DNA of 63,806 nt, counting the filler, from Octopus bimaculoides (lineage: Eukaryota): NCBI RefSeq assembly GCF_001194135.2. It is 7 parts of 7 records of this genome, joined end to end, with 100 filler letters (N's around TTAATTAATTAA, not from the genome) between each part and the next. Parts side by side here need not be neighbours in the genome. Positions count along the whole stretch, not along the records: positions 1 to 20,906 come from NC_068981.1; positions 21,007 to 42,022 come from NC_068983.1; 5 more parts are not named here. One strand, given 5' to 3'. Shown here one piece after another: positions 13,654-26,130 of the stretch. Both the position numbers and the translations under genes were made by a program. Position 1 is the first letter of the stretch; each line of letters begins with the position of its first letter. The notes below the pieces were generated by a model, which saw only the letters and a program-made list of their open reading frames with translations, was not told where the DNA came from and searched no databases.

Positions 13654-13794
13654 TCGCACGTTCGGATGACCTCTACTCAACTACTCGACGTCTAGACTTC
13701 TCGCTCTATATCTACGTATTGGGATAGCCTAGTTCATCGTCTGGGGGCGTCGACACAACAGTACTATAGACTGCAGATAGTAATCCCGAAACAC

Positions 13795-14830
13795 GTGCAA
13801 GGCTTCAGGAACTCCAACAAAACCTTTGATAAAGAGAAAATAATAGACCTGAAAATAGACAGAGGAAAATTATTTGTTTGCACCACTTCTTTTCCCTTAT
13901 TGTAAAAACTAACATAAGTAATCGATTCTTTCTTGGACAAACATTTTCCAGAAAATCACAGTTATAGGAAAATGTTTAATAGACGCTGATATAGCTGCTG
14001 TCCCAATATGAAAAGCATCATTTCATGAGAACACCAATAGCCCAAGCCCACTCACAGTTATAACTGTCGAGACTCAGGAACCTATCCACTAGACCAGAGA
14101 AACATGATTAAATCCAGCATGTATGAGGCAGAGGTTACAGCAACACTAGATTATAACAGAACCGATAAGAGGAGCTATATCGAACTATGTGAAGGTGAAT
14201 TCAAAAATCGCTATGCTAATTACATATCCTTCTTCCGACAGAAGGACAAAAGTAAAGCTGCTAAGTTGGGTAACTACGTATGGGGTTTGAAGTTGAACAC
14301 CACACTACATATGATAAAGTGGGAAATAGTCGAAAAATCCACACCATATGATAACGGATCAAAAGCATGTAAGTTAGGCGTAACTGAAAGAACATAGATT
14401 CTTTTCAGATCTAACAACTCTAACAAAATGCTGACTTATAGATCCGAAATTTTCAGCGGTTGTAAGCATATGTCTAAGTTCCTGTTGACGAACTGGAAAG
14501 TGCTATCCTCTACAAACTGAACAGCTGTACCACAAACTCTAAGCCACTATCTTTTCAACTTTATTTTACTGTCAAAGGCGAAATGACTCTAATCTGCTTC
14601 TTTCTGTTTTCTTTGTCTTTTTCCGTTTTTGCAACCCTTTACCTTTTTTATCTAATTCTTTCGCGCCTTTTCTCGCTTTATCTCTCATCCTCTCGTCCCA
14701 TTTTTAGTTTGTTATGCAATGTGGTCCGTGCCTGAAGTATGTGCTGAGACACCAGACCTGTAAAAAATACTGTCATGCTCTCATCACATGAAACTAATAG
14801 TAGCAGATAAAAACATATATTGTGTTTATT
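13795..14830 (+). mobile_element. Penelope-like element (Naiad-like type) 3' part: thumb, GIY-YIG and pseudo-LTR
   Basis: RQRKII..VKTNISNRFF.LDKHFPENHSYRKMFNR..NCRD..MYEAEV..YIELCEGEFKNRYANY..IKWEIVEKSTPYDNGSKACKL..RSEIFSGCKHMSKFLL. Confidence 0.85.
14729..14805 (+). ncRNA. Type I hammerhead ribozyme-like motif (A9U variant) in PLE 3' region
   Basis: UGC-CUGAAGU-AUGUG.UGAGA..UCUCA.CACAU-GAAA-CU(AAU)AG-UA-GCA; all three stems form by eye. Confidence 0.6.
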
Positions 14831-15171
14831 AAATATATATATATTGACAGAGGGAGACAGAGAGAGGATTGAGAAGTGAGAGTCATGAAACGAAAGACAG
14901 AAGACATAGTATTTAGAAATAGTCTGAAATATTTTTATAATTATAACATGGACAATCATTCAAAGATTCTTATCTCTAAAATTCATATAAACTACGGCGA
15001 AAATTATTATAAAATAATTTTAATTTATCTTTTGTCTTAACAAGAGTAAATAATATTTAATCCAATTATTTAGTTAGAGTTTATCTGAAACTTTGGATAT
15101 TGTTTCGGCTGATCTTTACGGTAATTATTTGTGCTGTGTTCTTGAATATATGTATAGAGGTTTGCGTACGT

Positions 15172-15259
15172 GAGAGAGGGATAGAGAGAAACATAGATAA
15201 ATAGATAGAGAGAGAGTGAGAGAGAGAGAGAGACAGAGAGACAGAGAGAGAAAGAGAGT

Positions 15260-15291
<32 letters not shown>

Positions 15292-15434
15292 AAGAGAGAT
15301 AGAGAAAGAGAGAGAGAGAAAGAGACAGAGAGAAAGAGACAGAGAGAAAGAGACAGAGAGAAAGAGACAGAGAGAAAGAGAGACAGAGAGAAAGAGAGAG
15401 AGAGACAGAAAGAGAGAGAGAGAGAAAGAGAGAG
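15172..15434. repeat. (AG)n / AGAGAGAAAG compound microsatellite
   Basis: Direct reading. Confidence 0.97.
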
Positions 15435-17099
15435 TGTGTGCTTATGTTTGTGTGTATTTGTGTTTATTTATGCATGTATATGTATATTGCAATTGGTGAA
15501 GTATTTCTTCGTTGGTTTCAGACTCCTAACGACTTAATCACTGTTTCGATATATTAATCATGGTGGAAGTCTCAATAAAGTGTCTGTAACATAGTTCCGA
15601 ACAAGCATCGCAAGGGAGTTTGTTAGAAATGCATTAGTTTTTCGATTTGCTTGTCAATGTTTTTGTTCTTTCTTATGTATTTTGTCGAAGAACACCGACG
15701 TGCATACGCTCAAAATTACAATACTTCGAACACACATCATTATATATACATCAATGGAGCCCTTTAACTCCCAAGGTGCATGAGAAAATGTCATTTACGT
15801 AACACATAATCGCTTTATATATAGCTATCAGCAGCTACCCCAAAATATACCTTCTATTGTGACAGGATGTTTATGCTAAAACAATATGCAATGCTATATT
15901 TAGGAAAATCTATTTTGATATAGTTATAGGCAGTATCTCCTAGCATTTGGTACGCTCAAGAAGTATCAATACTTATACCAAATGCAAAACATAATACGCC
16001 CGATATAGCCCTTTGAGAAGGAAAGTAAAAGTCATACGCCAACATAAAGATCAGTTGTCCTGAAGCTATAAACACCTCTAAAAATCAGTGAAAAGGAAAA
16101 TATTTATAAACGACTGCTTGGAAATTTACTTAATTACGTATCGTTGCTGTTATTCAAATCCCAGGAGTAAAAATTTGTGTCTTTGTTGGGAACCAGCTCC
16201 TCTCAAGGCAGAAGAATACATATAATTTAAAACAAAATCAGTAAGAAGCATAAATACATGCATAAACAAAGACATATACGACAGGGCTCTGCAGAGTTTA
16301 CCAAATTCTACTCGCAGACCTCTCATCTCGAGCTTCTAATAGGAGATAACTCAGTATTTTTGCTTTCGTATTTCTATTGAGTTTTTATTGTAGACAGTAC
16401 CATTACTATCAGAAATATTCTTGTTCCAATACATAGATATTATGTTTCATGTCATCCATCCGAATACTGACTTTATGATGAAAAAATCTGAAATTCAGCA
16501 TGATACCAAGCAAAATGTGTTGGTATTAATTTTAATAACTATATTTCTAAAGTTATAAAGTATGTCGATCGTGTGAGTTTCGTGACATAACATAGAAAAA
16601 ACTATTAAGTTTAAAGAAAGAAGTTTGCAAAGCAATATGACAGTTTAAGAAATGGAATTCTTTAATTACAAATTTGGATTCCTTGACGAAGTATAATCTT
16701 CACATGACAGCAATAGTTGTGGTCTGATACAATGTTCACCTCTCTTGATACAGGTATAATTTCGATTAATTAAAGTCTTCGTGCTCGCTAAAAAGAGTAT
16801 GTTACAACAACTTCATTATAACATTTAGCGGTTTAGACATCCTCTTACATACATAAAGTGTTCGCGACGCTTTTACAATTGAAGCAAAGAATTGATATCA
16901 ATAAAATGGCAGTGTCTTGTCAAACAATCGTAGAAATCTCATTTATATCAAGCCAATTTCGATGATATATTATATTATTAGCTAGTGTCACGAAATGCTT
17001 CATAAATATAATTTTCCATAAAACATTGTACAAAAATGAACTGATAAATGATGTTATCTAAAAGAATATATTGGTAATTCTGTTCATATTTTGTGTTTG

Positions 17100-17161
<62 letters not shown>

Positions 17162-17287
17162 TTGTATAAATGTGTGTTTGTACGCGTGTTGGAAGAGAAA
17201 AATTCATCAATTTTTTCTAACATTGAAATTTTTGTTTATATCTGTAAAGAAGTGTTTCAATGTGACAATATATCGCATTGCAATAAG

Positions 17288-17485
17288 TTGGTGAGCCAGT
17301 AGAATCACTGGCTCGCCAGGCAAAACCCGTAGCGGCATTTCGTCTGTCTTTATGTTGTGAGGTTAGCTTTGCCTTTCATTCTCTGGGGATCGATTAAATA
17401 AGTACTAGTTGAGCACTGATGTCGATGTAATCGACTTCCACCGCCTCTGAAATTGCTATCCTTGTGCCAAAATTTGAAACCAATA
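17288..17485 (+). mobile_element. tRNA-derived SINE, family C
   Basis: GGTGAGCCAGTAGAATC..GGCATTTCGTCTG..CTTTGCCTTTCATTC..GGGGATCGATTAAATAAGTAC..GCCAAAATTTGAAACC. Confidence 0.8.
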
Positions 17486-19196
17486 TACCACATAGCAATG
17501 GGACAATGGACGCTGTTGGACAATGGACGCTGTTGGACGGAAATAACTTTAGGATGTCTCATAATAATATTATTTTAAAATGAGCTGATCTTCTAAAAAG
17601 TGTTAAAGGCTCCCTAATTTAACTGGGAAAGGACCAGGATGTGTGGTGTTCTTATAAAGACATCATCAAATGTACGGAAAAAGAATTATCTTTATTTGCG
17701 ATATTTCAACCTTTGTTTGAAGTTGCATTACACGAAATACGTTGCTGCCTTACGAACAATCTTAATCAGAAAGAGATTTGATTAGATATATTTGTTTTAA
17801 GAATAACGAAAGTCCATAACTGCCACATTTCAACTTATCTTTACAATAAAAAACCTAAAACTTATTAATTCTATTAACTACATTTATAATTTAAAATAAA
17901 AATTTCTTATACTTTTTGAAGAGTATCCATTATTGGTGTGGTTGTTAAGGCACAAGCTGGCAAAATCGTTGGCACGCCGAATAATTATTCTTTCCAACTG
18001 TAGGTACTGAGGTTGCTGAAATCAAACTATCTGCCTCAACTCAAAATTTCAGGCTTTGCGCCAATATTAGACTGAATTATTATTTTGTTATTGCCTTTTA
18101 ATCCCAGCTCAGTTCGGCGTGACCATTTTATATTTCTATCTATCCTGGCTTGCATTGCTCTATATAACATTTTTTTTTAAAGAGCGGGTTGTGATCGAAG
18201 TAAGACTTAACTGCTAGCTCTAACATGGTAATGAACCGAGTGGAGACTGCATCATTGACTCATGAAGCCATCACTGTTACTGTTTAGCTGAAACCCAATC
18301 CTGATCGAAAAAAAAACCTATGCTTAAAAAGTTTCTAGAAATGTCAGTTTTGTTCTTATTTTCATACATGATTACTTTAGTCCACAAGTCCTTTCTTTAA
18401 AAGGTAGGGTGTGATTTGAGGAAGATTTGCTTACCATTTCTAAGCAAGTCGAATGACTACATAGAAGCTCCCGTGTTTGTCCTTGAAATTATTGATAATC
18501 TAAAATATATAAAAGTTATAGACTATTAAAACAAAGTAATTGGTAAGAAACCGGTCAGAATATGAACCACAAAACGCTTCTATCACTTGTCGGTAAGTAG
18601 GAAATAGAGTGAGCTGGTCATGTAGTACAACACTGTTATATCATAAATCTTGTGAAGATGATCAAGAACGGAAAGTCACTTCGTCAAAGAATTACAGGAA
18701 GACCATAAAGGGTTTATCTCAACAGTAATTAGAATGGGTATGGAGCAGGATGGTGGAAAATTTCACATTGGCTGATAACCGAGAAACATGGAAAAAGAAA
18801 GTTGCATATCTGCTATGTACCTACAGTTTCCCTATACTGTGACTATTAAAATTCCGCCAAGTCGAATGTGCATCAGGATTTTGCTTACTAGCACAAACCT
18901 TCTTCCGTCGTTAGTAAAACTTTAGTTCATTCCAAGTTACACCATCACATGTCTCTTAGTATTGTTTGTTCGCTTGTATGTTTACTACTGAAGTGCCACT
19001 TATTAATGTGAGTCACTCACTCATTGATCTAAGTAATTATCTATTTGCAAGCATTTCCGTTTAGTTTAACTGTTTATATTTATGTAAAAAATACAAGCAT
19101 CACAGCTAGAAAATACCTGACCTTGAGAGAAATATAGAATCAATATTTTGAACATTGTGTAATTTTAACGTTTTATTTATTTCTTTTTATTTGCAG

Positions 19197-19631
19197 CTGG
19201 TTCGGAACAAATCAGTACCAAGCATTCAGGAGGAAGGCCGTGGAACGCTTAATTTTAGCATTCATTATAACAAAGACAAGTCTTTGTTGACTGTTAAGAT
19301 TATCCAGGCACGGGATTTGGTTCCTTGTGAAAATAATGGTACAGTTGACCCTTTCTGTAAAGTATCCATCTTGCCGAAACGCTGGAATCAGTTAAACGGT
19401 AAAGTGTTGAAAAGTACATTAAATCCCAAATTCGAGGAAGAATTTGTGTTTGAAATGCCGGCCGGAGACCTGAGGACGTCTACTTTGGAAATACTTTTAG
19501 TTCATCATGACAAATTTTCACGGGGAAACAGTATTGGCAAAGTACAGATGGCGTTGTGCGATGTTGATTTATCGGATAAAGTGATCATTTGGAAAAATAT
19601 CATGAAAATAACCTCAGAAGATAAAGATCGG
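19197..19631 (+). CDS. Internal exon encoding a synaptotagmin-type C2A domain (145 codons, phase 0/0)
   Basis: Polypyrimidine tract with TTGCAG acceptor at 19195-19196; open frame GTLNFSIHYNKDKSLLTVKIIQARDLVP..DPFCKVSILP..TLNPKFEEEFVF..LEILLVHHDKFSRGNSIGKVQMAL.DVDLSDKVIIWKNI; probable donor CGG/GTGAAT at 19632. Paralog not assignable by eye. Confidence 0.9.
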
Positions 19632-20950
19632 GTGAATATCACATATATTACCACTTATTTTCTGTATATGTGTATGCATGTGTGTATGCATGCATTCATT
19701 CTGTTTATCTCATGAAAAGCTATATGCATAAATTATCATCTTTTGTTACATGTTTAACTCTATATCTCAGTAGTAAAGGACATATATGTGATGATCATCG
19801 TTTTCTTAATACTATCGGTGAAAAAATGTTGTTTATGCTGAGAAGTGAAGCTGATTTGACGTCACATGTCGCTAAGCACATCAATCTTTTTTTTTACCAC
19901 ATAGTGCTTGCTCGCTTTGTTCGAGATAATTTATATTTAATTCATTTACTATAATCTATAAATTATAATTTTATCGATTTTGTTTTTAACTCGTGTAAAA
20001 TTTAACTCTGATGATATACCCTTGTGGTAACATGATCGAGAAAGTTATTTGTTCACAATATAAATTTTACCAATTACGTCAGAAATAATTTTCAGAGCAG
20101 CAGGATATACAGAAATCTCGTCTCCTATAATTATTAACTGTTGTCTCATGCTTAAGCCTGGATTAATTCCTTCGTCGAACATCAATAAAACTGCAACGAA
20201 TTTGAATTGCTGAATAAGCAAGCCAGTGACTGGCTTAAGTTTTACTATAACGATTTCTTGCATTGTTATACAAACAGGCAACGGATATAGCTGATTTAGT
20301 ATATGATTGATATTAATTCTTTTGACTCCAGAGCACTCAAAGTTGACTCCTATAGTGTTTGAAGTCAGTACATAGAACAAAATATCACAAAGCAATTACA
20401 TTGGGACGCTAATATTTCTTCTAAACCAATGCCTTTGGTCCGTTTGGTGATATTGGAACGTTCATTGCATTTTCTTGTGAATTGTCAGCTTAAGTGTAAC
20501 ATCAAATGAATTCAATTGCAGTTTAAACTCGTGCAAATTAGTTTACTTTTACTATATGGAGATAATGGGCAGTGGATTGGAAAAATAAGAAGAGTTACGG
20601 ATTAAATGCCTTGTGTTATTTACTAACATCTCTTTGCATTCCTTCTTGGTATCGATAAAATAGGATTCAGACTTGTACAAGACGCAATAAACTGGATTAT
20701 ATTTCTCACTGTCCCAGAGACCTATGCTCAAGGTCCTCTATAATAATAAATTCATAATCCAATCTAGTCCATTTGTTTTTGGATAAAATACCCAACGATA
20801 ACTTCGTATACCTATTCGTGGAGTAAGATACTGAAAGACAAAGATTCATATATGCTTCACCCAAACGCATACATATAAATGTATATATATATATATATAT
20901 ATATATNNNNNNNNNNNNNNNNNNNNNNNNNNNNNNNNNNNNNNNNNNNN

Positions 20951-20962
20951 TTAATTAATTAA
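20951..20962. other. Assembly linker TTAATTAATTAA inside an N run; also at 42067, 48416, 54308, 58164 and 62708
   Basis: Identical 12-mer with stops in all six frames, embedded in about 100-nt N gaps six times. Confidence 0.95.
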
Positions 20963-21006
20963 NNNNNNNNNNNNNNNNNNNNNNNNNNNNNNNNNNNNNN
21001 NNNNNN

Positions 21007-21867
21007 ATGGTAGTCTGAAGGAGCAAGGTCGGGAGAATAAGGTGGATGAGGAATTTTTCGCAACCAAGCTCTTCGATCTTCTGTGATGTGATCTTTGTAG
21101 TGTGGGGTCACGCATTATCCTGATGAAACATCACTCCTTTCTGATTCACTAAAGTGGGTCTTTTTTTCTTCAAACTTGGTTCAAATGCTCTAATTGCTGA
21201 CAGTAGACTTGAGCATTCATTGTTGCATTAGATGGTAACAATTCAAAGTGAATTACTCTTTTGCAATCCCACCAGATAGAGAGAAGAACCTTTTTCCCAT
21301 GAAGTTCCCTTCTCGGTTGTAGTTGAGCTTTTTCCCTTATATCAAGCCACTGTTTACGACATTTAAAATTTCGATAGAAGATCCATTTTCATCACAAGTC
21401 ACAAGTCTATCCAAAAAGGGTGAAATGGGTTTGCAAGAATGGAGAGAAGAGCAGATGTCAACTCAGGATTTGCGATTGCTTTCAGACAATTCATGAGGCA
21501 CCCATTTTCCATGTTTAGAAACCTTTCCAAGTTGTTGAAAATGACGATGAACAGTTATATGGTTTGAACCAAGCTTTATTGCCAAATTCTTCAACTGATA
21601 ATGCAGGATTTTCTTCAAGTAATGCCTCAAGGAGCTTATCATCAAAGCATTATGTGCCTCAAATGCACTTTGGATACTTTCATGTTAGAAAGGGTTTTAA
21701 TTAAAGAAATTTTAATTCTATTATTCTGTAAAATAATATTTAATTAGTTTAAATGTACACAAATACATAAAAATAATTTTTAATTCCATTAGACATTCTA
21801 AAATACTATTAAATTTCATTCAATTTTAAAAAAGGTAAAATCGGACAGAACTTATGAGATGACCCGA
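21007..21867 (-). mobile_element. mariner-family transposon remnant, cut by an assembly gap
   Basis: Minus strand: HQLGKVSKHGKWVPHELSESNR (track ORF) and MFHQDNA*PHTTK..KIEELG upstream of a degraded YSPDLAPSDY motif; TIR TCGGGTCATCTCATAAGTTCTGTCCGA next to TA. Confidence 0.9.
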
Positions 21868-21945
21868 TATATATATATATATATACATACACATATATAT
21901 ATATATTCATATATATATATATATATATACACATATATGTATATT

Positions 21946-22156
21946 CTTTTAATAGGAGAATGAGAACATTACACCATTATAAAGGCTGTAATCGTCAGAT
22001 GAGAAGGAGATTTTACAAAATAGTTGGTCTTAGCAGACTCCAAAGAATACACCCTGGATGTATTCTTTGGATATTCTTTTATTTTGTAAAAATTACTTCT
22101 TATCTGATGGTTACGGCCTTTATAATGATGTAATGTTCTCATTCTTCTATTAGAAG
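21946..22156. repeat. Long foldback (77-bp arms) with internal hairpins
   Basis: 21946-22022 pairs with 22080-22156 without indels: 67 WC, 7 G-U and 3 mismatches on +; inner perfect 13-bp stem 22039-22051/22059-22071. Confidence 0.95.
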
Positions 22157-22439
22157 TTATGTAAGAAACAGCCATATTGAGCATACAATTATCCATCATT
22201 TGTTGCTTTTATTCATTTGATTATAATACGCCAAGGGAAATTATGACTTATCAAATGCCCTAAAGTATACCAACAGCGTACTATTCAAAGAAATGCATGA
22301 TTCAGACCAACCCTCTAGGGGCTAAATACACATAGGGTTGGTTTTCTCTAAGTACACAACCAAAATATCCTATCTGATATTTGAACTCACACCTGAGCTA
22401 TAGAGATTACCCAACCCTACTTGGTGCATACCTTTTGGT

Positions 22440-22685
22440 GATGTATTTTGTCCTTGAGCAAGACACTTTATTTCACATTGCCCCAGTCCACTCAGCTGGC
22501 AAAAGTGAGTAACACCTGTATTTCAAGGGCCAGCCTTGTCACAGTCTGTGTCACACTGAATCTCCCTTAGGACTATGTTAAGAGTATGTGTGTCTGTGGA
22601 GTGCTCAACCACTTGCACGTGAATTTCATGAGCAGGCTGCTCCATTGATCAGATCAAGTGGAAACCTTGTCGTTGTAAACAATTG
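22440..22685 (+). mobile_element. SINE family D-related copy (head eroded)
   Basis: GTCCTTGAGCAAGACACTTTATTTCACATTGCCCCAGTCCACTCAGCTGG, shared with the copy at 7420. Confidence 0.65.
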
Positions 22686-23282
22686 GGTACTATATATATA
22701 TGTACACATATATATATATATATATATATTAAATATATGTGCATTTGTGTGTGTGTGTGTACAATCATCTATATATGTTTATTAAATAGTGACATTGTTT
22801 TAGACATATAGACACTAAATGGATAGAAAATGTGGACACCATTCAATAAAAATTAATCTATGTTTACATAACCATACATAAACATTGGCATACATGTGTG
22901 TTTAAAGCTTTGAATGAGTTTATCTCTGTGTATATGTATGAGTGTGTGTGTGTATATTTATATCCCCATACATGTGTTTGTGAGTTTCAGAATGTGTTTA
23001 AGTGCAATTAAAATCATTTGTATAATGTATAATTTGCTTAATTGATATTTTAATAAATCCTAGATAATGAATGCCTGATACTTGAAACTTGGTATATTTA
23101 ACATGGTTTTGGCAGTTGTATTTTTTAACCTATCAAGTATTAGAATACACTGTAGGGGGTTGTATTTAGGAGAACTTGGTACTAAATATGTTCATTGGGT
23201 GTGGGGTGTTCATATGAAATTGACATATGCATGTGTTTGTGTGCACGTGTGTGTGTGTGTGCGTGTGTGTGTGTGTGTGTAT

Positions 23283-23690
23283 TCTTTTACTCTTTTACTC
23301 TTTTACTTGTTTCAGTCATTTTACTGTGGCCATGCTAGAGCACTGCCTTTAGTCGAGCAAATCGACCCCAGGACTTATTCTTTGGAAGCCTAGTACTTAT
23401 TCCATCGGTCTGTTTTGCCGAACTACTAAGTTATGGGGACATAAACATACCAGCATCGGTTGTCAAGCGATGGTGGGGGGACAAACGCAGACACACAAAC
23501 ACACATACATATATATATACATATATACGACGGGCTTCTTTCAGTTTCCATCTACCAAATCCACTCACAAGGCTTTGGTCGGCCCGAGGCTATAGTAGAA
23601 GACACTTGCCCAAGGTGCCACGTAGTGGGACTGAACCGGGAACTATGTGGTTGGTAGGCAAGCTACTTACCACACAGCCACTCCTGCGCC
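23283..23690 (-). mobile_element. Full-length tRNA-derived SINE, family A
   Basis: Head GGCGCAGGAGTGGCTGTGTGGTAAG, B-box GGTTCAGTCC, CORE-like CCTTGGGCAAGTG, internal TA/TG microsatellite, (GTAAAAGA)n tail. Confidence 0.92.
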
Positions 23691-24270
23691 TCTTGTGTAA
23701 TTTTCAGTCACTGAACTGGATTTTCTGGGGCCCCACTTTGAAGGGTTTAGTCGATCGAATCACCCTCAGTAATCATTTTATGTTTGGTAATTATTTTGTT
23801 AATCTGTTGATTGCCAGATGGCTAAGTTATGTGGGTGTTAGGAAACCAAACCTCTTTTCAAGTGGTAGGAATCAAACACAAAACACATAGACATGTGAAT
23901 GAATTTGGTAGAAGAAAACTGTGCAGAAGCCTGCTGCCCAACCACATGGTTCCAGGTTCAGTCCTACTGTAGGGTATCTTAGGAAAATGTCTTCTGCTAT
24001 AGTTTTAGGCCAACCAAATCCTTGTGAGTGGATTTAGTAGACAGAAACTGGAAGAAGCCCATTGTATAAGTGTGTGTGTCTTTGTGTTTGTGTTTGTTTC
24101 TCCACTACTGCTTGATGACTGGTGTTCGATAGAATAAATACGAAGCTCAAAAAAATTGGAACTGGGGGTTGAGTCATTGGATTAAAATTCTTGAAGGTGG
24201 CGCTCCAGCCAGGCCACATTCTAATGATTGAAACAAGTAAAAGATAAAAGAGATACATACATACATACAT

Positions 24271-24328
<58 letters not shown>

Positions 24329-25684
24329 GAGTAGTATAAGGTGTGGATTCAGAAAATCATGCAGCTATCACAGTAAGTTCCTCATATGGACTTGGCTATC
24401 AGTCTACATAGTAGTCAATTACAAAGAAGTGTAATATAGAGTGTTCATGTAGTTGAAAATCCAGAAAGCTTGGTCAATGAAACTATTTCCTAAGGAGTAT
24501 ATATAAAGCCATAAAGTCAGGAGATAGGAGAAGTGAATATATATTTATCCTACTACATGATGTCCATCGGGTTAAGTATATTTCACAACCTTGTTCATGA
24601 TATATTAGTTTCAGTATTAAAGAAACTGTGCCAACATGTTTGTATTAATATGTGTGCTCAATATTGTAAGATGTAAAGGTGGTGAGCTGGTAGAAACGTT
24701 AGCACACCAGGCAAAATGCTTAGTGGTATTTCATCAGTCTTTATATTCTGAGTTCAAACTTGAAACCAATATTATAAAATATAATTGTATATTGAATTGC
24801 ATATTCGCAGATTGATGCTAATAATGAAAGCTAACTTGTCAGATCATGAGAACACCTTGGTTACATTAACAGTTCTATGCCAGAGTTGAACTGTTGGCTG
24901 TAAAAGGTTAACAGCAAAAGTTAAAGGTAAAAATCCCTTTGGCAGGGAAAGTCTACTTGAATTCAACCAGTATGTAAGAAACAATACAGACATCAAATAT
25001 ATTCAGTTTTTGAAAATTAATGAAAAAGCATATTCTATTCTTGAAGGTCTGCAAATGGCAAATGGCTTGAGGGACAAAAAAAAAACAATAACAAAATGTG
25101 AAAACTCTAGAATAAAGGGTAAAATATGAATACAGTTGTGTATCTAATGAAATACATGCACGCATAGATATATAAATGCATGCATGTGTGTTTGTGTGTG
25201 TATATGTGTGTGTATATATATTATATATATATANNNNNNNNNNNNNNNNNNNNNNNNNNNNNNNNNNNNNNNNNNNNNNNNNNNNNNNNNNNNNNNNNNN
25301 NNNNNNNNNNNNNNNNNNNNNNNNNNNNNNNNNNNNNNNNNNNNNNNNNNNNNNNNNNNNNNNNNNNNNNNNNNNNNNNNNNNNNNNNNNNNNNNNNNNN
25401 NNNNNNNNNNNNNNNNNNNNNNNNNNNNNNNNNNNNNNNNNNNNNNNNNNNNNNNNNNNNNNNNNNNNNNNNNNNNNNNNNNNNNNNNNNNNNNNNNNNN
25501 NNNNNNNNNNNNNNNNNNNNNNNNNNNNNNNNNNNNNNNNNNNNNNNNNNNNNNNNNNNNNNNNNNNNNNNNNNNNNNNNNNNNNNNNNNNNNNNNNNNN
25601 NNNNNNNNNNNNNNNNNNNNNNNNNNNNNNNNNNNNNNNNNNNNNNNNNNNNNNNNNNNNNNNNNNNNNNNNNNNNNNNNNNNC

Positions 25685-25815
25685 TTTATAAGTGCTAGGC
25701 TTACAAAGAATAAGTCGTGGGGTTGATTTGCTTGACTAAAGGTAGTGCTCCAGCATGGCCACATTCAAATGACAGTAACAATTAAAAGAAGAATATATAT
25801 ATATATATGTATATG

Positions 25816-25850
<35 letters not shown>

Positions 25851-26005
25851 TGGGCTTCTAAATCAGTTTCCGTCTCCCAAATCCACTCACAAAGCTTTGG
25901 TTGGCCTGAGGCTATAGTAGAAGACACTTGCCCAAGGTGCTATGCAGTGGGACTGAACCTGGAGCCATGTGATTGGGAAACAAGCTTCTTACCACACAGC
26001 CACTG
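25685..26005. mobile_element. Two family A SINE halves in opposite orientation (25685-25790 +, 25850-26005 -)
   Basis: The 3' half and 5' half each match the full copy at 23283. Confidence 0.8.
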
Positions 26006-26090
26006 GGCCTTGTTTGCATTCTTTAAGCTTATAAACATTCCACACATTTACACCAATATATCATACAGCTGGCTACACACAAACACAACT

Positions 26091-26130
<40 letters not shown>

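Noticed and set aside
13765-13800. CUGCAGA..CCCGAAACACGUG hammerhead-like relic
   Set aside because: Position 6 is altered, stem II is unpaired, and position 17 is G; too degenerate to call.
14040-14400. Possible selenocysteine (in-frame UGA) in the Naiad-like ORF
   Set aside because: No UGA at conserved Cys positions; the disruptions look like ordinary decay.
20045-20395. 116-aa minus-strand ORF containing the palindrome AAGCCAGT-G-ACTGGCTT (20220-20236)
   Set aside because: Non-ATG start, no recognisable domain or splice signals; a single 8-bp-arm palindrome is plausible by chance in 64 kb.
20951-20962. Recurrent palindromic TTAATTAATTAA (six copies)
   Set aside because: Always inside about 100-nt N runs and encodes stops in six frames: an assembly linker, not biology.
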